A stretch of DNA of 64,000 nucleotides from Torpedo marmorata (Eukaryota). This document shows positions 51,434 through 63,472 of the stretch, piece by piece. The position numbers were made by a program, and so were the translations under genes. Below the pieces are notes generated by a model that ran no database searches, was not told where the DNA came from, and was given only the letters and a program-made list of their open reading frames with translations. Numbering within the stretch: the stretch's first letter is position 1; every line of letters starts with the position of its first letter. The stretch lies in contig OZ360245.1 of NCBI GenBank assembly GCA_977017645.1, forward strand, positions 6,944,001 through 7,008,000. Direction: 5' to 3'.

Positions 51434-53713
51434 ACTTTTTTAAAAAAATATTTTATTTTTCATTTTCAAAATTTTTTCACAAAACATTAATGAACCACCA
51501 CGAAATATACACAAGATTCAAACATATCAAATACAATATACATTACCCCCGCCCCCCCTAACCGTTCCTTCCCCACCAAAAGGAAAAAGAATATAACCAA
51601 AACAAAAAAAAAGAATGAAAACTAAACGTACCGTCAGTGCTTTCAGCTTTTGTAAATATTTGGGGGTGTCACACCCTTAAGTAATTATACATTACATGCT
51701 ATCATACCTCAGGGGTTTGATTACAACTAAGCACCAATGTGCTCCAAGTGCGGTTGTCACACTTTAACAAAGTTATCATATTTATTTCTAAGACTATATG
51801 TAATTTTTTCCATGGGGATACATCTGTATACTTCCGTAGACCATCGAGCGATGAGAAGGGGGGAGTCGGACTTCCAAGTAACTGCGATGCATTTTTTTTG
51901 CTACGGACAGAGCAACTTTTACAAATTGAATTTGGATAATCTGTTGCTTACGTCCATGAGGTTTCCTAAAAGATACAACTCCGGGTCTAGTGGAAAGGCT
52001 ACTCCCATAATCCTGATTAGTACTTTAGCTAAATCATGTCAAAAGGGTCTTACCTTTGCACATGACCAAGTGGAGTGTAAAAAGGATCCAATTTCTATAC
52101 CACATCTCAAACACACTCTGATATTTCTGATTTAGACTTGTGTAATTTTTGTGGTGTGAGATACAATTGGTGTAGGAAATTATATTGAACCAGCCTATAT
52201 CTGGCATTAATAACTGCTGTCATGCTATCTAAACACCAGTCTGACCAGCATCGGTCGCTAATTGTTATGCCCAAGTTCGACTCCCACCTCTCCCTCGATC
52301 TTTGTAGGCCCGGCTAAGGGCTTTCACTTTGGAGTGCAGAATATATTCTAGATATGAATTTAGGTGCATTTCCCAATCGAAGCAATTCTTCCATTTCATT
52401 ACACCTAGGTGGGGTCATTGCAGGACCCCATCTATCCCTCAAGAAGGACCTTAGTTGAAGACAACAGTAGAAGGTTCCATTAGACAAATCATATTTATTC
52501 TTCAATTGGTCAAAAGACATAAGTTGTCTTTTCTCATAACAATCTTCAATATACCAGAGTCCCTTCTGGTGCCAGATGTTTAAGATTTTGTTACCCAAAG
52601 CCATGGGTATAGTTTCGTTTTGGATCAAAGGTGCCTTTGGTGATATTTCCACCTTTCTTCCAGCACATTCAAGATCAAGATTCAATTTATTGTCATAGTT
52701 TTTAGACAGTGTCATATTCCATGAAATTTCTTTTTGCCTGCTGCTAGGCAGACAGATTCGCCACCAGCAGAAATTGCCTAAAGCGCCTCTAACATTCCTT
52801 ACAGTCAGAGAAAGAGAAGCAAGAGAGAGTCCCCCCAGAGTCACCGAGTGTCCGTAGATTCGCCTCCAGCACTTCCGCAGCCTCCGCAGCCACACAGAGT
52901 CCAGTCCAAACCATGGCAACCCGAGCTCCAGATCCGAATCTCCGACACGGTCAGGGCGCCCTTGGCACCCCCTCGCATACCGGTTCCGATACCTGGTACT
53001 CCTCCAGACAGATTGAGCCAGCCTCCAGCAGTCCGCAGCCCGGCGTGAGTCCCCCGACAGCAGTCTCCAGCAGCCCACAGCCTCCGCGGGTTCCTCGCCT
53101 CGAGTCGCCAGCAGCCCGCCGCATGCACTGGTCCTTCAGCCTCAGAGCCCCTCACTGGTCTGCCGCCGTGGTCACCGTCCCGTGGGTCGTCTCCTCCGCT
53201 TCTCCTTCTCAGACGGGGGTGATCTTCCCGTCCTCTGGTGCCCTGCTCCAGTCCTCCACTTGCCCGGAGTCTGCAGCCCCTCATGGCTGCTGCCGGTTAA
53301 AATGCACTGCCATCTTGGGCGCAGACCCCGCGGTCGTGGGATCGTAAATAAAACCACCGTCGGCTCCCTCAACGGGCCGTTCAAAGCCCATGCGGAACCG
53401 ACGGCAGTCGACTGGGCGTTTGGACCCCGCGGGAGCACTGTATCTCTGCTCCCTCGCTTCCCGCAGGTCCGCACCAGCGGCAGCGCTGCCGTTACAGCGG
53501 CTCCGGCAGCGCCGCCATCTTCATTCATTGATTTCCTGCCAAATCCTAATCATGTGTTTTAAAATAGGGTTGTCCGTTCTTCCAGATATTAATTTGGTGT
53601 TCCATTTGTAAATAAAATCTTTCGTCATTTTCTCTCCCATGGTGTGTAGTCCAATTTGGACCCACGAGGGGGGATCGTCCCCCTCGAAAAAGGATGAAAG
53701 AAACCTCGACTGG
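51434..53713 (-). mobile_element. L1-clade LINE 3' part, interrupted by the GC-rich element
   Basis: ORF2 C-terminal remnants (FIYKWNTKLISGRTDNPILKH); TSD AGCCTGCACAT at 51423 and 53714. Confidence 0.85.
52672..53521 (-). mobile_element. Apparently full-length GC-rich non-autonomous retroposon
   Basis: Begins AAGATGGCGGCGCTGCCGG; TSD CATTCA at 52666-52671 and 53522-53527; interrupts L1 ORF EINE|CAGRK. Confidence 0.9.
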
Positions 53714-53750
53714 AGCCTGCACATCCTTGCTGTAATGCAGCAACTAGACT

Positions 53751-54432
53751 AAGAGCATCGTGAAGAACACACTAATGGCATCGTGAAGAAAGCACGTCAG
53801 CGCCTCTACTTCCTCAGGAGTTTGCGGAGGTTTGGTATGACACCAGAAACCCTGTAAAATTTCTACAGATGTGTGGTGGAAAGAGTGCTGACCGGTTGCA
53901 TCACGGTCTGGTATGGGGACACCAATACTCCTGAGCATAAAGCCATCCAAAAGGTAGTGGACACAGCCCAGGACATCACAGGCAAAACCCTCCCCACCAT
54001 CAAGAACATCTACAGGGAACGCTGCCATCGGAGAGCAGCAGCAATCATCAAGGATCCACACCACCCAGCACACGCTCTGTTCTCACTGCTGCCATCAGAA
54101 AAGAGGTATAGATGCCACAAGACTCGCACCACCAGGTTCAGGAACAGCTGCTACCCCTCCACCATCAGACTCCTCAACAACAAACTCAATCAGGAACTCA
54201 TTTAAGGACTCTTACTTGTGCACTTTATTTTTTTATTCTCTCTATATTACACAGTCAGTTTGTTTTCATTTGTTATCTGTTTACAGTTCTTTATTTGTTT
54301 ACATGTATACGCTGTGTACAGTTTTTTTTGCACTACCAATAAGTGGTAATTCTGCCTCACCTGCAGAAAAAAAGAATCTCATGGTTTTATGTGATGTCAT
54401 GTATGTACCCTGACAATAAATCTGAAATCTGA
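53751..54432 (+). mobile_element. Rex-Babar LINE 3' fragment (second family)
   Basis: RQRLYFLRSLRRF..IKDPHHPAHALFSLLPS; tail TGACAATAAATCTGAAATCTGA. Confidence 0.85.
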
Positions 54433-54507
54433 GACTGCCTACAATACTATAAGTTTTTCCTAATTTTTACACAGAACTAACATTACTTGCCAACTTTTAT
54501 ATTCAAT

Positions 54508-54775
54508 GGGCGGCACTGTTAGTGTAGCAGTTAGCGCAACGCTGTTACAGCAACGCTGTTACAGCGCCAGCGATCAGAGTTCGAATCTGGCGCTGTCTCT
54601 TAGGAGTTTGTAAGTTCTCCCCCGTGTCTGCATGGGTTTCCTCCAGTTGCTCTGGTTTCCTCCCACCCTTCAACAGGTTCGGGGTTGTAGATTAATTGGA
54701 TGTAATTGGGCGGCATGGGTTCATGGGCCGAAAGGGCCTGTTACCGTGCTGTATGTCTAAATATTTTTTTAATTA
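54508..54775 (+). mobile_element. tRNA-derived V-SINE
   Basis: Same family as 7758. Confidence 0.82.
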
Positions 54776-55696
54776 AAAAATGCCTTGACTGATGCTGGCG
54801 CCTACTTTACTATCCTATCCACGTGTTCCCACTTTCAGGGAACTATGGACTTGCTCCTGATCCCTCTGTACATTATTGGTCCTCGGATCCTGCTATTTAT
54901 TGTATATTTTCCCCTTACAATGGCCCTCCCAAAGTGCAACACTTCACACTCATTCTAATTAAATTTCATCTGTTAATTGATCTATATCCTGCAGTATCCA
55001 TTGAAAACTTGCTTCATTATCCACAACTTTGCCAATTTTTGAGTAGTCTGCCAACTTTATAATCACAAACAATAGAGGCCCCAGCAATGATCCCTGTAAA
55101 CATCACTGGTCACAGACCTCCAGTCAGAATAACATCCCTCCATCAATATCCTCTGTCTTCTACAGCCAAGCCAATTTTGAATCCAATGTACTAAGTCATT
55201 GTAGATTCCATGTGATTTAATGATCTAAATCAGCCTACCATGAGGGACCTTGTTGAATGCTTGGCTAAAGACCATGATCCACTGTCCTATCTTCATCAAT
55301 CTTCTGTATCACTTCCTCAAAAATTCAGTCAAATTTGTAGGATATGACCACTCCATCACAAAGCCATACTGACTATCCCTATAAATCTACCAGTAATTTA
55401 TTTCGTACAAGCCACCAGCATCTGATTTAATTATTTTAAGTTATGATTGCTCTGATTTTATAAATAGTAGGACAGGCAATGTCAAACCTTTCACGGTGAC
55501 ATCAAAGTTTGAAGTTAATGAAAAATTAACTTCAGGTCTCTATTGTACAAACGGAACATAAATTGGATGGAACAGCAGTGAATGAAAAAATATTTTTTGC
55601 AACAGTGAGAGAATAAAATCACCAAGCACAAAGTGTTTTTTATAACTGTTGCTGTCCTGTTGTTGGTAAAAGGTTATAAGCGTTCTGAGTACTTAC

Positions 55697-55754
55697 AGCA
55701 TGCGGAGAGCCTTGAAAAAGTGGAGCATTGTGGACCCCTGTCTTCACATATGGG
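55697..55754 (-). CDS. Host gene internal exon (PYVKTGVHNAPLFQGSPHA)
   Basis: Acceptor TTTCTGACTTTATCTTTCCTTCCAG; donor GCT|GTAAGT; 58 nt, phase 2-0, fits both neighbouring exons. Confidence 0.8.
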
Positions 55755-55807
55755 CTGGAAGGAAAGATAAAGTCAGAAAGAAAAAAAACAGCAGTTCAGC
55801 TGATTTA

Positions 55808-56155
55808 CAGTAGAAGTTCGAAAATCCGGACTGTTCGGGGATTGGGTCAGTTCGGATTCTTGGATTTTCCGGATTTTCAGGCAGTACCTTTAAAATTCGA
55901 ATTTAAGGAGGAATAAAGAAGAGATGAACAGGTAAATTTCGATAGTTTATTCATTAGCAAATACAGCATGCTTCATTTATCAAAACGTGCAGTTTTAAAG
56001 AAAAATAAAGTCAACAAGTGTGGTTGCTTGTTGCCGCTGTGCATGCACACATGCATACAAAAGCCTGCTAAATTTAAAAAGTTTGAGAGTTTTCGAAAAG
56101 TTCGGATTCTCGGGTGGTCCGGATTTCTGGCATCCGGATTTTTGGACTTCTGCAG
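55808..56155. mobile_element. Tc1/mariner (Tigger/pogo-like) MITE
   Basis: Imperfect TIRs CAGTAGAAGTTCGAAAATCCGGA and TCCGGATTTTTGGACTTCTGCAG, flanked by TA; subterminal CGGATT repeats. Confidence 0.78.
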
Positions 56156-56349
56156 TACTGGAGACAGAAACTGTAAGTGTACCTTCACTAGCCTCAAACT
56201 TATTACTTTCCTGTTTCCTGCTGGGGACTGTTTATGCAGCTGGATCAATGTTCTAATGTACAAAGGTTCAGTACAATATGAAAATTTGCTTCTTATCTTC
56301 CCTCAAATTTGTGATATTTTTCTCAACTTTTTGGTGAAAAGCTAAACAA

Positions 56350-56580
56350 GATTCCCTGTCCTTCCCCTTATGTAGATGCAGAAGATCTCACAGAGCTATT
56401 GCAAAGAAGCGGAGAGTTCTCCCTGTAGCCCTGTGAATAATTATTCCTCAATAAACATCCTAGAAAGCAGACCGTCTGGTCACTATCTGCTCGCTGTGGG
56501 GGCTTGTTGTGGCTATCACATTTTCTACATTACAATAAAGAATACCCTTCAAAAGTAATTCACTGGTTGGAACATCATGA
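56350..56580 (+). mobile_element. Old DeuSINE/SacSINE1-like SINE
   Basis: Degenerate Deu-domain-like body and CTACATTACAA..CTTCAAAAGTAATTCA tail. Confidence 0.5.
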
Positions 56581-56855
56581 GATCTCACACCTCTTTGGTA
56601 AACTGTTTTCCCCTTTGCCATCTGGAAGGAGGTACCGAAGCACTCGGGTTCGTACGTCCACACTGTGCAACAGTTTTTTCCCCCAAGCCATCAGGCTCCT
56701 CAATTCCTAGATATATATGTGTATTAGCATGTTATAGTTTTTTCTATTGTATTATGATATTTATGTACATCTGCCCATGGTCCTGGAGAAACGCTATCTC
56801 GTCTTACTGTGTATATGGTAATGAACGACAAATAAAGGTGACTTGACTTGACTTG
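56581..56855 (+). mobile_element. L2/Rex-type LINE 3' fragment
   Basis: LFSPLPSGRRYRS..NSFFPQAIRLLN; tail AATAAAGGT(GACTT)3. Confidence 0.7.
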
Positions 56856-56992
56856 AAAGATTCTATAGACAGGAAAGTAGGGGGGAATTAATATTTTATA
56901 TTCTTAAACAGAGAAGGTGGTTGTGTGCCTGGAAGCAGTGATAAATACTACATTTCCCCAATGGAGAATATGGGTCTGACAGCAGTGCACAT

Positions 56993-57605
56993 ATGTGCTG
57001 GAGAAACTCAGCAGGTCACACAGCATCTAAAGGAAGTAAAGGGTAACCAACGTTTCGGGCCTGAACACTTCGTCAGGCAGGCGCCTGAATAAAAAGGTGG
57101 GAGAAGGAGAGGAGTGGAGAGGAGAGGAAAGGAGAGGAGAGTTCAAAGTTCAGATTTATTGTCAGAGTACATACATTACATCACATACAACCCTGAGATT
57201 CTTTCCTCCTGCAGGCCAGGCAGAGAGGAGAGGAGAGGGAAGGAGAGGAGGAAGGGGTAAGGGGAGGGAGAGGATCACAGATGAAAAGGTAAGAGGTTAT
57301 AGGTGGATACAGGTGGAGGGTAGACGAGAAAAAGCTGAGGTGATGGGGAGAGTAGCTCTGATAGGAGAGAGAAGGGAATGGGGTGGGGTGGAAGAAAGGA
57401 GATAGAGAGATAGAGAAACAGAGAGATGGGGGAAGGGTTTAACGGAAATTGGAGGTCAATGTTAATGCCGTGGGTTTGAAGAGTGCCCAGACAGAATATA
57501 AGGTGTTCCTCCAATTTACAGGTAGCCTCAGTTTGGCAGTGCATGAGGCCATGGACAGACATGTCGGTCGGTGAGGGAATGGCCTGTGGAATTAAAATGG
57601 TTGGG
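56993..57605 (-). mobile_element. Penelope 3' end/pLTR with a nested Rex-Babar tail (~57140-57215)
   Basis: KLEEHLIFCLGTLQ; hammerhead-like motif at 57047-57076. Confidence 0.78.
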
Positions 57606-58301
57606 TGGGCCTGACGGTCTCCGCCTTACTCCTTTCACTTGACCCCATACAGGGACCTCCCAGTGGCCAACCATTTCAATTCTGCGCCCCACTCCCATGG
57701 CTGTCCATGGACTTATGTACTATCCCACCAAGACCACCCGTAAATTGGAGGAACAACACCTGATTTTCCATCTTGGCACTCTCCAGCCTGATGGCATTAA
57801 CATCGACTTCTCTGGTTTCTGATAACCCACTATGCATTCTCCCACCCTTCCCTTCCCCTTGTGTTCTTTCCCTCAGCTCTCCACCCCCTTCCCTCTCCAT
57901 TCACAGAGCCATCCCTCTTCCACCTACTTGCTGCTGTGCCCTCCCTCCCTTCTCCACCTATTACCTGTAGTAAAACACGAAAATCTGTAGACACCGTGAT
58001 TGAAGTAAAAAACACAAATGCTGGAGAAACTCAGCAGGTCAAACAGTGTCTTTTATGTAGCAAAGGTAGAAATACATAACCGACGTTTTGGGCTTGAGCC
58101 CTTCATCGAAGTATGAGAAAATGCCTGCAGGCGTCCGAACAAAAGAGTGAGGGGGGAAGGGGGGGTGGCAAAGGCAGGAGATGATAGGTGGAGAAAGGAG
58201 GGAGGGGACAGCAGCAAAGAGGGGGAGGAGGGATGGCTGGGTAGGTGGAGAAAAGCAGGAAGGACAGGTGAGGGGGGAGGGGAAGGGAACGACAAGCAGG
58301 T

Positions 58302-59538
58302 TTAGTGGAAAGCAGAAAAGTCAATGTTAATGCCATCTGGCTGGAGAGTGCCGAGACAGAAAATAAGATGTTGTTCCTCCAATTTGCGGGTAGTCTGGGT
58401 GGGATAGTACATAAGGCCATGGACAGACATGTGAGTGTGGGAGTGTGACCCAGAATTGAAATGGTTGGCTACTGGGAGGTCGCTGTTGTTGCGGACGGAG
58501 AGGAGGTGCTCAGCAAAGCGGTCTCCCAATCTACGACCGGTCTCTCCGATGTAGAGAAAGCCACAAAGGGAGCACCGGATGCAGTAAATAAGTTCTCTGG
58601 ATGTACAAGTGAAGTGTAGTTTCACTTGAAAGGCCTGTTTGGGGCTCTGGACCGTGATGAGGGGGGAGGTGTGGGCGCAGGTGTTGCACCTCCTGCAGGC
58701 ACAGGGGAAGGTGCCGGGGGTGCGATGGGTGGGGAGGGATGAGTACACGAGTGAATCGCGGAGGGAGCGGTCCCTACGGAAGGCCGAGAGGGGAGGAGAA
58801 GGAAAAATGTGTCTGGTGGTGGGATCCTGTAGTAAGTGCCGGAAATTCCGGCGGATAATGTGTTGGATGCGGAGGCTGGTGGGGTGGTAGGTGAGGATGA
58901 AGGGGATTCTATGTTTGTTGTGTCTGGGGGCAGAGGGTGCCAGGGCAGATGAGCAGGAAATGGAGGAGATGCGGGTGAGGGCTGAGTTGATGGTGGTGGA
59001 GGGGAAGCCACGTTTGTGGAAAAAGGCAGACATTTCAGAAGATCTGGACTGGAAGACCTCATCTTGGGAACAGATGCGGCGGAGGCGGAGAAATTGAGAG
59101 AAGGGGATGGAATCCTTGCAGGGGATGGAATCCTTGCAGGGGACAGGGTGTGAGGAAGTGTAGTCCAGATAGTTGTGGGAGTTGGAGGGTTTGTAGTAAA
59201 TGTCGGTGGAAAGTTTGTCTCCTGAGATGGAGACAGAGAGATCCAGGAAGGGGAGAGTGTTATCGGAGATGGACCAGGTGAGTTTGAGATCGTGGTGGAA
59301 GTTGGATGCGAAGTGGATGAAGTTGACAAGCTCATCGCGGGTGCATGAGGCAGCCCCGATGTAGTCGTCGATATAACGGAGGAAGAGATGAGGGGTCTTG
59401 CCTGTGTAGGCTTGCAGCATGGATTGCTCCACAAAGCCCACAAACAGGCAGGCGTAGCTGGGACCCATGCGGGTGCCCATGGCTACTCCTTTGATTTGGA
59501 GGAAGTGGGATGAGTTGAAGAAGTTATTGAGAGTGAGG
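58302..59538 (-). pseudogene. Penelope RT (C-terminal part) plus GIY-YIG endonuclease
   Basis: GVAMGTRMGPSYA, LRYIDD, LIYCIRCSLCGFLYIGET, RFAEH; N-terminus missing. Confidence 0.92.
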
Positions 59539-59747
59539 ACATTGACTTTTCTGCTTTCCACTAAACCTGCTTGTCGTTCCCTTCCCCTCCCCCCTCACCT
59601 GTCCTTCCTGCTTTTCTCCACCTACCCAGCCATCCCTCTTCCCCCTCTTTGCTGCTGTCCCCTCCCTCCTTTCTCCACCTATCATCTCCTGCCTTTGCCA
59701 TCCCCCTTCCCCCCTCACTCTTTTGTTCGGACGCCTGCCAGCATTTT

Positions 59748-59792
59748 CTCATAATTTGATGAAGGGCTCAAGCCCGAAACGTCGGTTATGTA
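59748..59792 (+). ncRNA. Minimal hammerhead ribozyme motif (representative copy)
   Basis: TTGATGA-A-GGGC-TCAA-GCCC-GAAAC-GTC: catalytic core with U at position 3, 4-bp stem II and palindromic ACGT stem III. Confidence 0.75.
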
Positions 59793-60687
59793 TTTCTACC
59801 TTTGCTACATAAAAGACACTGTTTGACCTGCTGAGTTTCTCCAGCATTTGTGTATTCCACCTATTACCTCCTGCCTTTGGGACCGTGCTCCTCCCCCCAC
59901 CCCTCCCCTCTTACCTTTTTGTTAGGATGCCTGCCGACATTTTTCCATACCTTGATGAAGGGCTCAAGCCTGAAACGTTGGTTATGTATCTTTATCTTTG
60001 TTATATAAAGTACATTGTTTGACCTTCTGAGTTTCTCCAGCATTGAGTTTTTACTTCAACCACAGTGTCTGCAGACTTTCGTGTTTTACATTTAGACTGT
60101 TGGGCAACTCTGGCCATTTAAATCCTTTGGCTCAACAGGCACTGCCAGTATTTCCCTGGTGGAACTGAGGAATCCTTCCCTACAATGGAAATAATTCCAG
60201 AGGCCACCAACTGCTGGAGGGCCTGAGTTAGGTCAGGCCAGTTGCAGGTTCATTGCCCATTTCAAAGGCTCCACCACTTTAACTGTGGAAAAAAGATAAT
60301 TTCTCCTTCAGTCCCCAGCTGAAACAAGGCCTATTTAATTAAATAAAGTTTCTTTATGATAAATACCCTTTTACTTTCCATCTATCCTCCACTTTGTACT
60401 TTCTTTCCCTCTGAACTGCCCATTTTTCTGACTATTCATTTCATTTTTTCTCTCTCTCCTTTCTTAGCTTTCCTCCTCTTGTCCTTCAACAATTTCTCTT
60501 TGCTCTACAACTCTGGAACCTTTTGATGAGCACTGGCATAAGAAAGATGAGGAAAGATGGATCACAGACATAGAGTTAACATAGAACAGTACAGCACAGG
60601 GACAGGCCCTTTCGCCACAATGTCTGCGCCGAACCTGATGCCGAAGCTAAACTAAATCCCTGCTGCCTGAACATGATACATATCCGT

Positions 60688-62390
60688 TGCTGACATGTCT
60701 GTCCATGGTCTCATGCACTGCCAGACTGAGACCACCTGCAAATTGTAGGAACAACACCTCATATTCCGTCTGGGCACCGTCCAACCAGATGGCTTTAAAC
60801 ATCGACTTCTCCGGTTTCCGTTAGCAACCCCCCCCCACCCCCATCTTTCCCTATGTCTCCTTTCCTCTAGCTCTGTCTCTCTTCCCTTTTTCCTGTCTCC
60901 AGAGCCAAAAACAAACCCCCTTCCCCCAATCAATTCAGAATCAGAATCAGAATTTATTGTCATGAACAAGTCATGAAATTCGGTGTTTTGCGGCAGCATC
61001 ATAGTGCAATTAACATTCATATTAACCATCTAACGACATTACTGTACAAAATTATAAACAATAGTGCACGAAAAGTAAGGTAGTGTCTTTGGTTCATTGA
61101 TTATTCAGGAATCTGATGGCAGCGGGGAAGAAGCTGTCCTTGTGCCGTTGAGTGCTCGTCTTTAGGCTCCTGTACCTTTTCCCCGATGGAAGCAGAATGA
61201 AGAGGGCATGGCCTGGGTGTTGGGGGTCCTTGAGGATAGAGGCTGCTTTTTTAAGACACCGCCTCATGTAGATGTCCTCGATGGAGTGAAGTTTGGTGCC
61301 TGTGATGTCACAGGCCGAGTTAACAACCTTCTGGAGTTTACTCTTGTCCTGGGAGTTGGCGCCTCCATACCAGGCAGTGATGCAACCAGCCAGAATGCTC
61401 TCCACGGTACACCTGTAGAAGTTTACGAGTCTTTGGTGATATACCGAATCTCCGCAAACACCTCACAAAGTATAGCCGCTGACGAGCCTTCTTTGTGATT
61501 GCATCCACGTGGATGCTCCAGGACAGATCCTCGGAGATGTTGACACCCAGGAATTTGAAGTTCTTGACCCTCTCCACTACTGAGCCCTCGATGAGGACTG
61601 GGTCGTGTTCCCCTGACTTCCTCCGGAAGTCCACAATCATCTCCTTGGTTTTGCTGACGTTGAGCTCAAGGTTGTTGTCATTACACCATTCAACGAGCTG
61701 ATCTATCTCCCTCCTGTACGCTTCCTCATTGCCGTTTGTGATTCTGCCGACAACTGTGGTGTCATCGGCAAACTTGTATATGGCATTGGAATTGTGCCTG
61801 GCCACACAGTCATGGGTGTATAACCAGTAGAGCAGTGGACTGAGCACGCATCCTTGGGGTGCGCCTGTGTTGATAATCAGTGAGGAGGAGACGTTGTTTC
61901 CAATTCGTACTGACTGTGGTCTTCCAATGAGAAAGTCAAGGATCCAGTTGCAGAGGGGGGTACAGAGGCCTAGAGTTTGTAGTTTCTTGACCAGCACTGA
62001 GGGAATAATGATATTGAAGGCCGAGCTGTAGTCGATGAAGAGCAACCGTATGTATGAATTGCTGTTTTCGAGGTGATCCAGAGCTGAGTGGAGAGCCAGC
62101 TATATTGCATCTGCTGTGGAGCGATTGTGGCGATACGCGAATTGCAGTGGGTCTCACCTTTCCTCACTCCTGTCCTCTTATCATATCCAATTAACACCTT
62201 TTGTCTGTTGGTCTGTACTCCTCTCCTGCCATTCTTCCCTTTTCACCAGTCTTTTAATACAGACGCCTGTCTGTTTTTCGCTCATACCTTGAGGAAGGGC
62301 TCAGGCCCGAAACGTCAGTAATACATCTTTACTTCCTATGGATGCTGCGAGACCTGCTGAGTTCCTCCAGCATTTCTGTGTTTTTAATTA
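60688..62390 (+). mobile_element. Penelope 3' end/pLTR split by a Rex-Babar LINE
   Basis: EQHLIFRLGTVQPDG remnant; hammerhead CTTGAGGAAGGGCTCAGGCCCGAAACGTC at ~62288. Confidence 0.72.
60935..62152 (-). mobile_element. Rex-Babar LINE, 5'-truncated
   Basis: [25 protein letters not shown]; (TTCTGA)n tail. Confidence 0.92.
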
Positions 62391-63472
62391 AGAAACTATC
62401 TCCTGCTAAATACTAGTTGGGCAGATGTCGACTGACCCAGAGAGCTGCTGTGCCTGCAGCAGCTTGAATTGGTCATATTGCCAGAAGAAAGTAGTCTTTC
62501 AGGTTCGTGATCCCAGCTGCTACTCAATAATTCCATTGGGTAGTTGCATTTGTGCAGTCACCAGATAAGAACAAATTTGGACCAAATTTTTAAGAATTCC
62601 ATTTTCAATTGTCCTATTTTTTAAGCAATGCACTGCAGATGCTGAGAATCTAAAAGGAAAAGGTTGTAAATATTCTGTATTTATAAGTCAGGCTTTCTCC
62701 ATTTGTGGAGAGAGAAAAACAGTTAACATTTCATGTGAAATAACCTTCACATAAAAGTTAAAGGTGAAACAAGTTTTACGTTGCAGATAAAGGGTGAAGG
62801 TTTGGAGATAACAAGAGGAAAGATTTGTGATAAGTGTAGGGGGGGCAAACGTGTTTAAATTATACTGCTGACGCTTCTAGGAGATAGTAAGGCTCGAGTG
62901 ATAAACAGGAGGAGGGAAATAAGCTCTGATTTTTCAGAATTAGAGGACGTATTAAATCTGAAATGACCAGATTGCAGTCAATTTCTCTTATTTACAGCTC
63001 ACTTCAATACCCCCACCTCTCACCCTATCTCAAACTCTTTTGAGCTCTCTGTCCCTTCCACTTATCTCTGCACCTTTAAACTTGTCTTATCTCTAATGTT
63101 TTCCAAGTTCTGATGAAATTTCTCAGGCCTGAAATATTATCTCTCTGTCCACAGATGCTGCCTAATTAGACGAGCATTTCCAGCATTTTCCCTTCTCACT
63201 TGGGCAAGGAGCCATTTTTAGCATTTGTTGAATTGTATTTGAACAAGAAACAATAATTTTGAGAAGGCTAGAGAAAATTAGACATAATACTAATGAGGCA
63301 AAGTCTGGTTTATTTTCAAGGATTTGCTATGATTGCTCCACAATTGCAATTGCATCCAAAGAACCTGACTCATTCAGCCTGCAACATTTGGAAACAAAAT
63401 TCCTTAGCTTGCAAGTTACAAACCATCAGAGTCACAGCCTCTTTAAAATGGCAAAAGAATAAGTGCACTCAC

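Larger units (their letters stand above)
50995..55385 (-). mobile_element. Old CR1 copy fragmented by nested L1, Rex-Babar and V-SINE insertions
   Basis: GKFFTQRLVGAWNVLP at 51199; CR1 sequence appears to resume at ~53725, ~54437 and ~54780. Confidence 0.6.
57967..59855 (-). mobile_element. Penelope-like element, 5'-truncated, with inverted pLTR
   Basis: 14-bp TSD TCCACCTATTACCT at 57953-57966 and 59856-59869; inverted arms 58012-58327 and 59539-59853. Confidence 0.92.
57650..60090 (+). mobile_element. Penelope 3' end/pLTR (57650-57966 plus 59870-60090), split by a younger Penelope
   Basis: RKLEEQHLIFHLGTLQPDGINIDFS; hammerhead at ~59951-59981. Confidence 0.8.

Noticed and set aside
55808-55885. 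Short CGGATT repeats as a CRISPR-like array
   Set aside because: Subterminal MITE repeats; no regular spacers, no cas genes, eukaryotic context
58622-59443. 273-aa Ser/Pro-rich overlapping ORF
   Set aside because: Alternative frame of the C-rich Penelope ORF with no recognisable motifs
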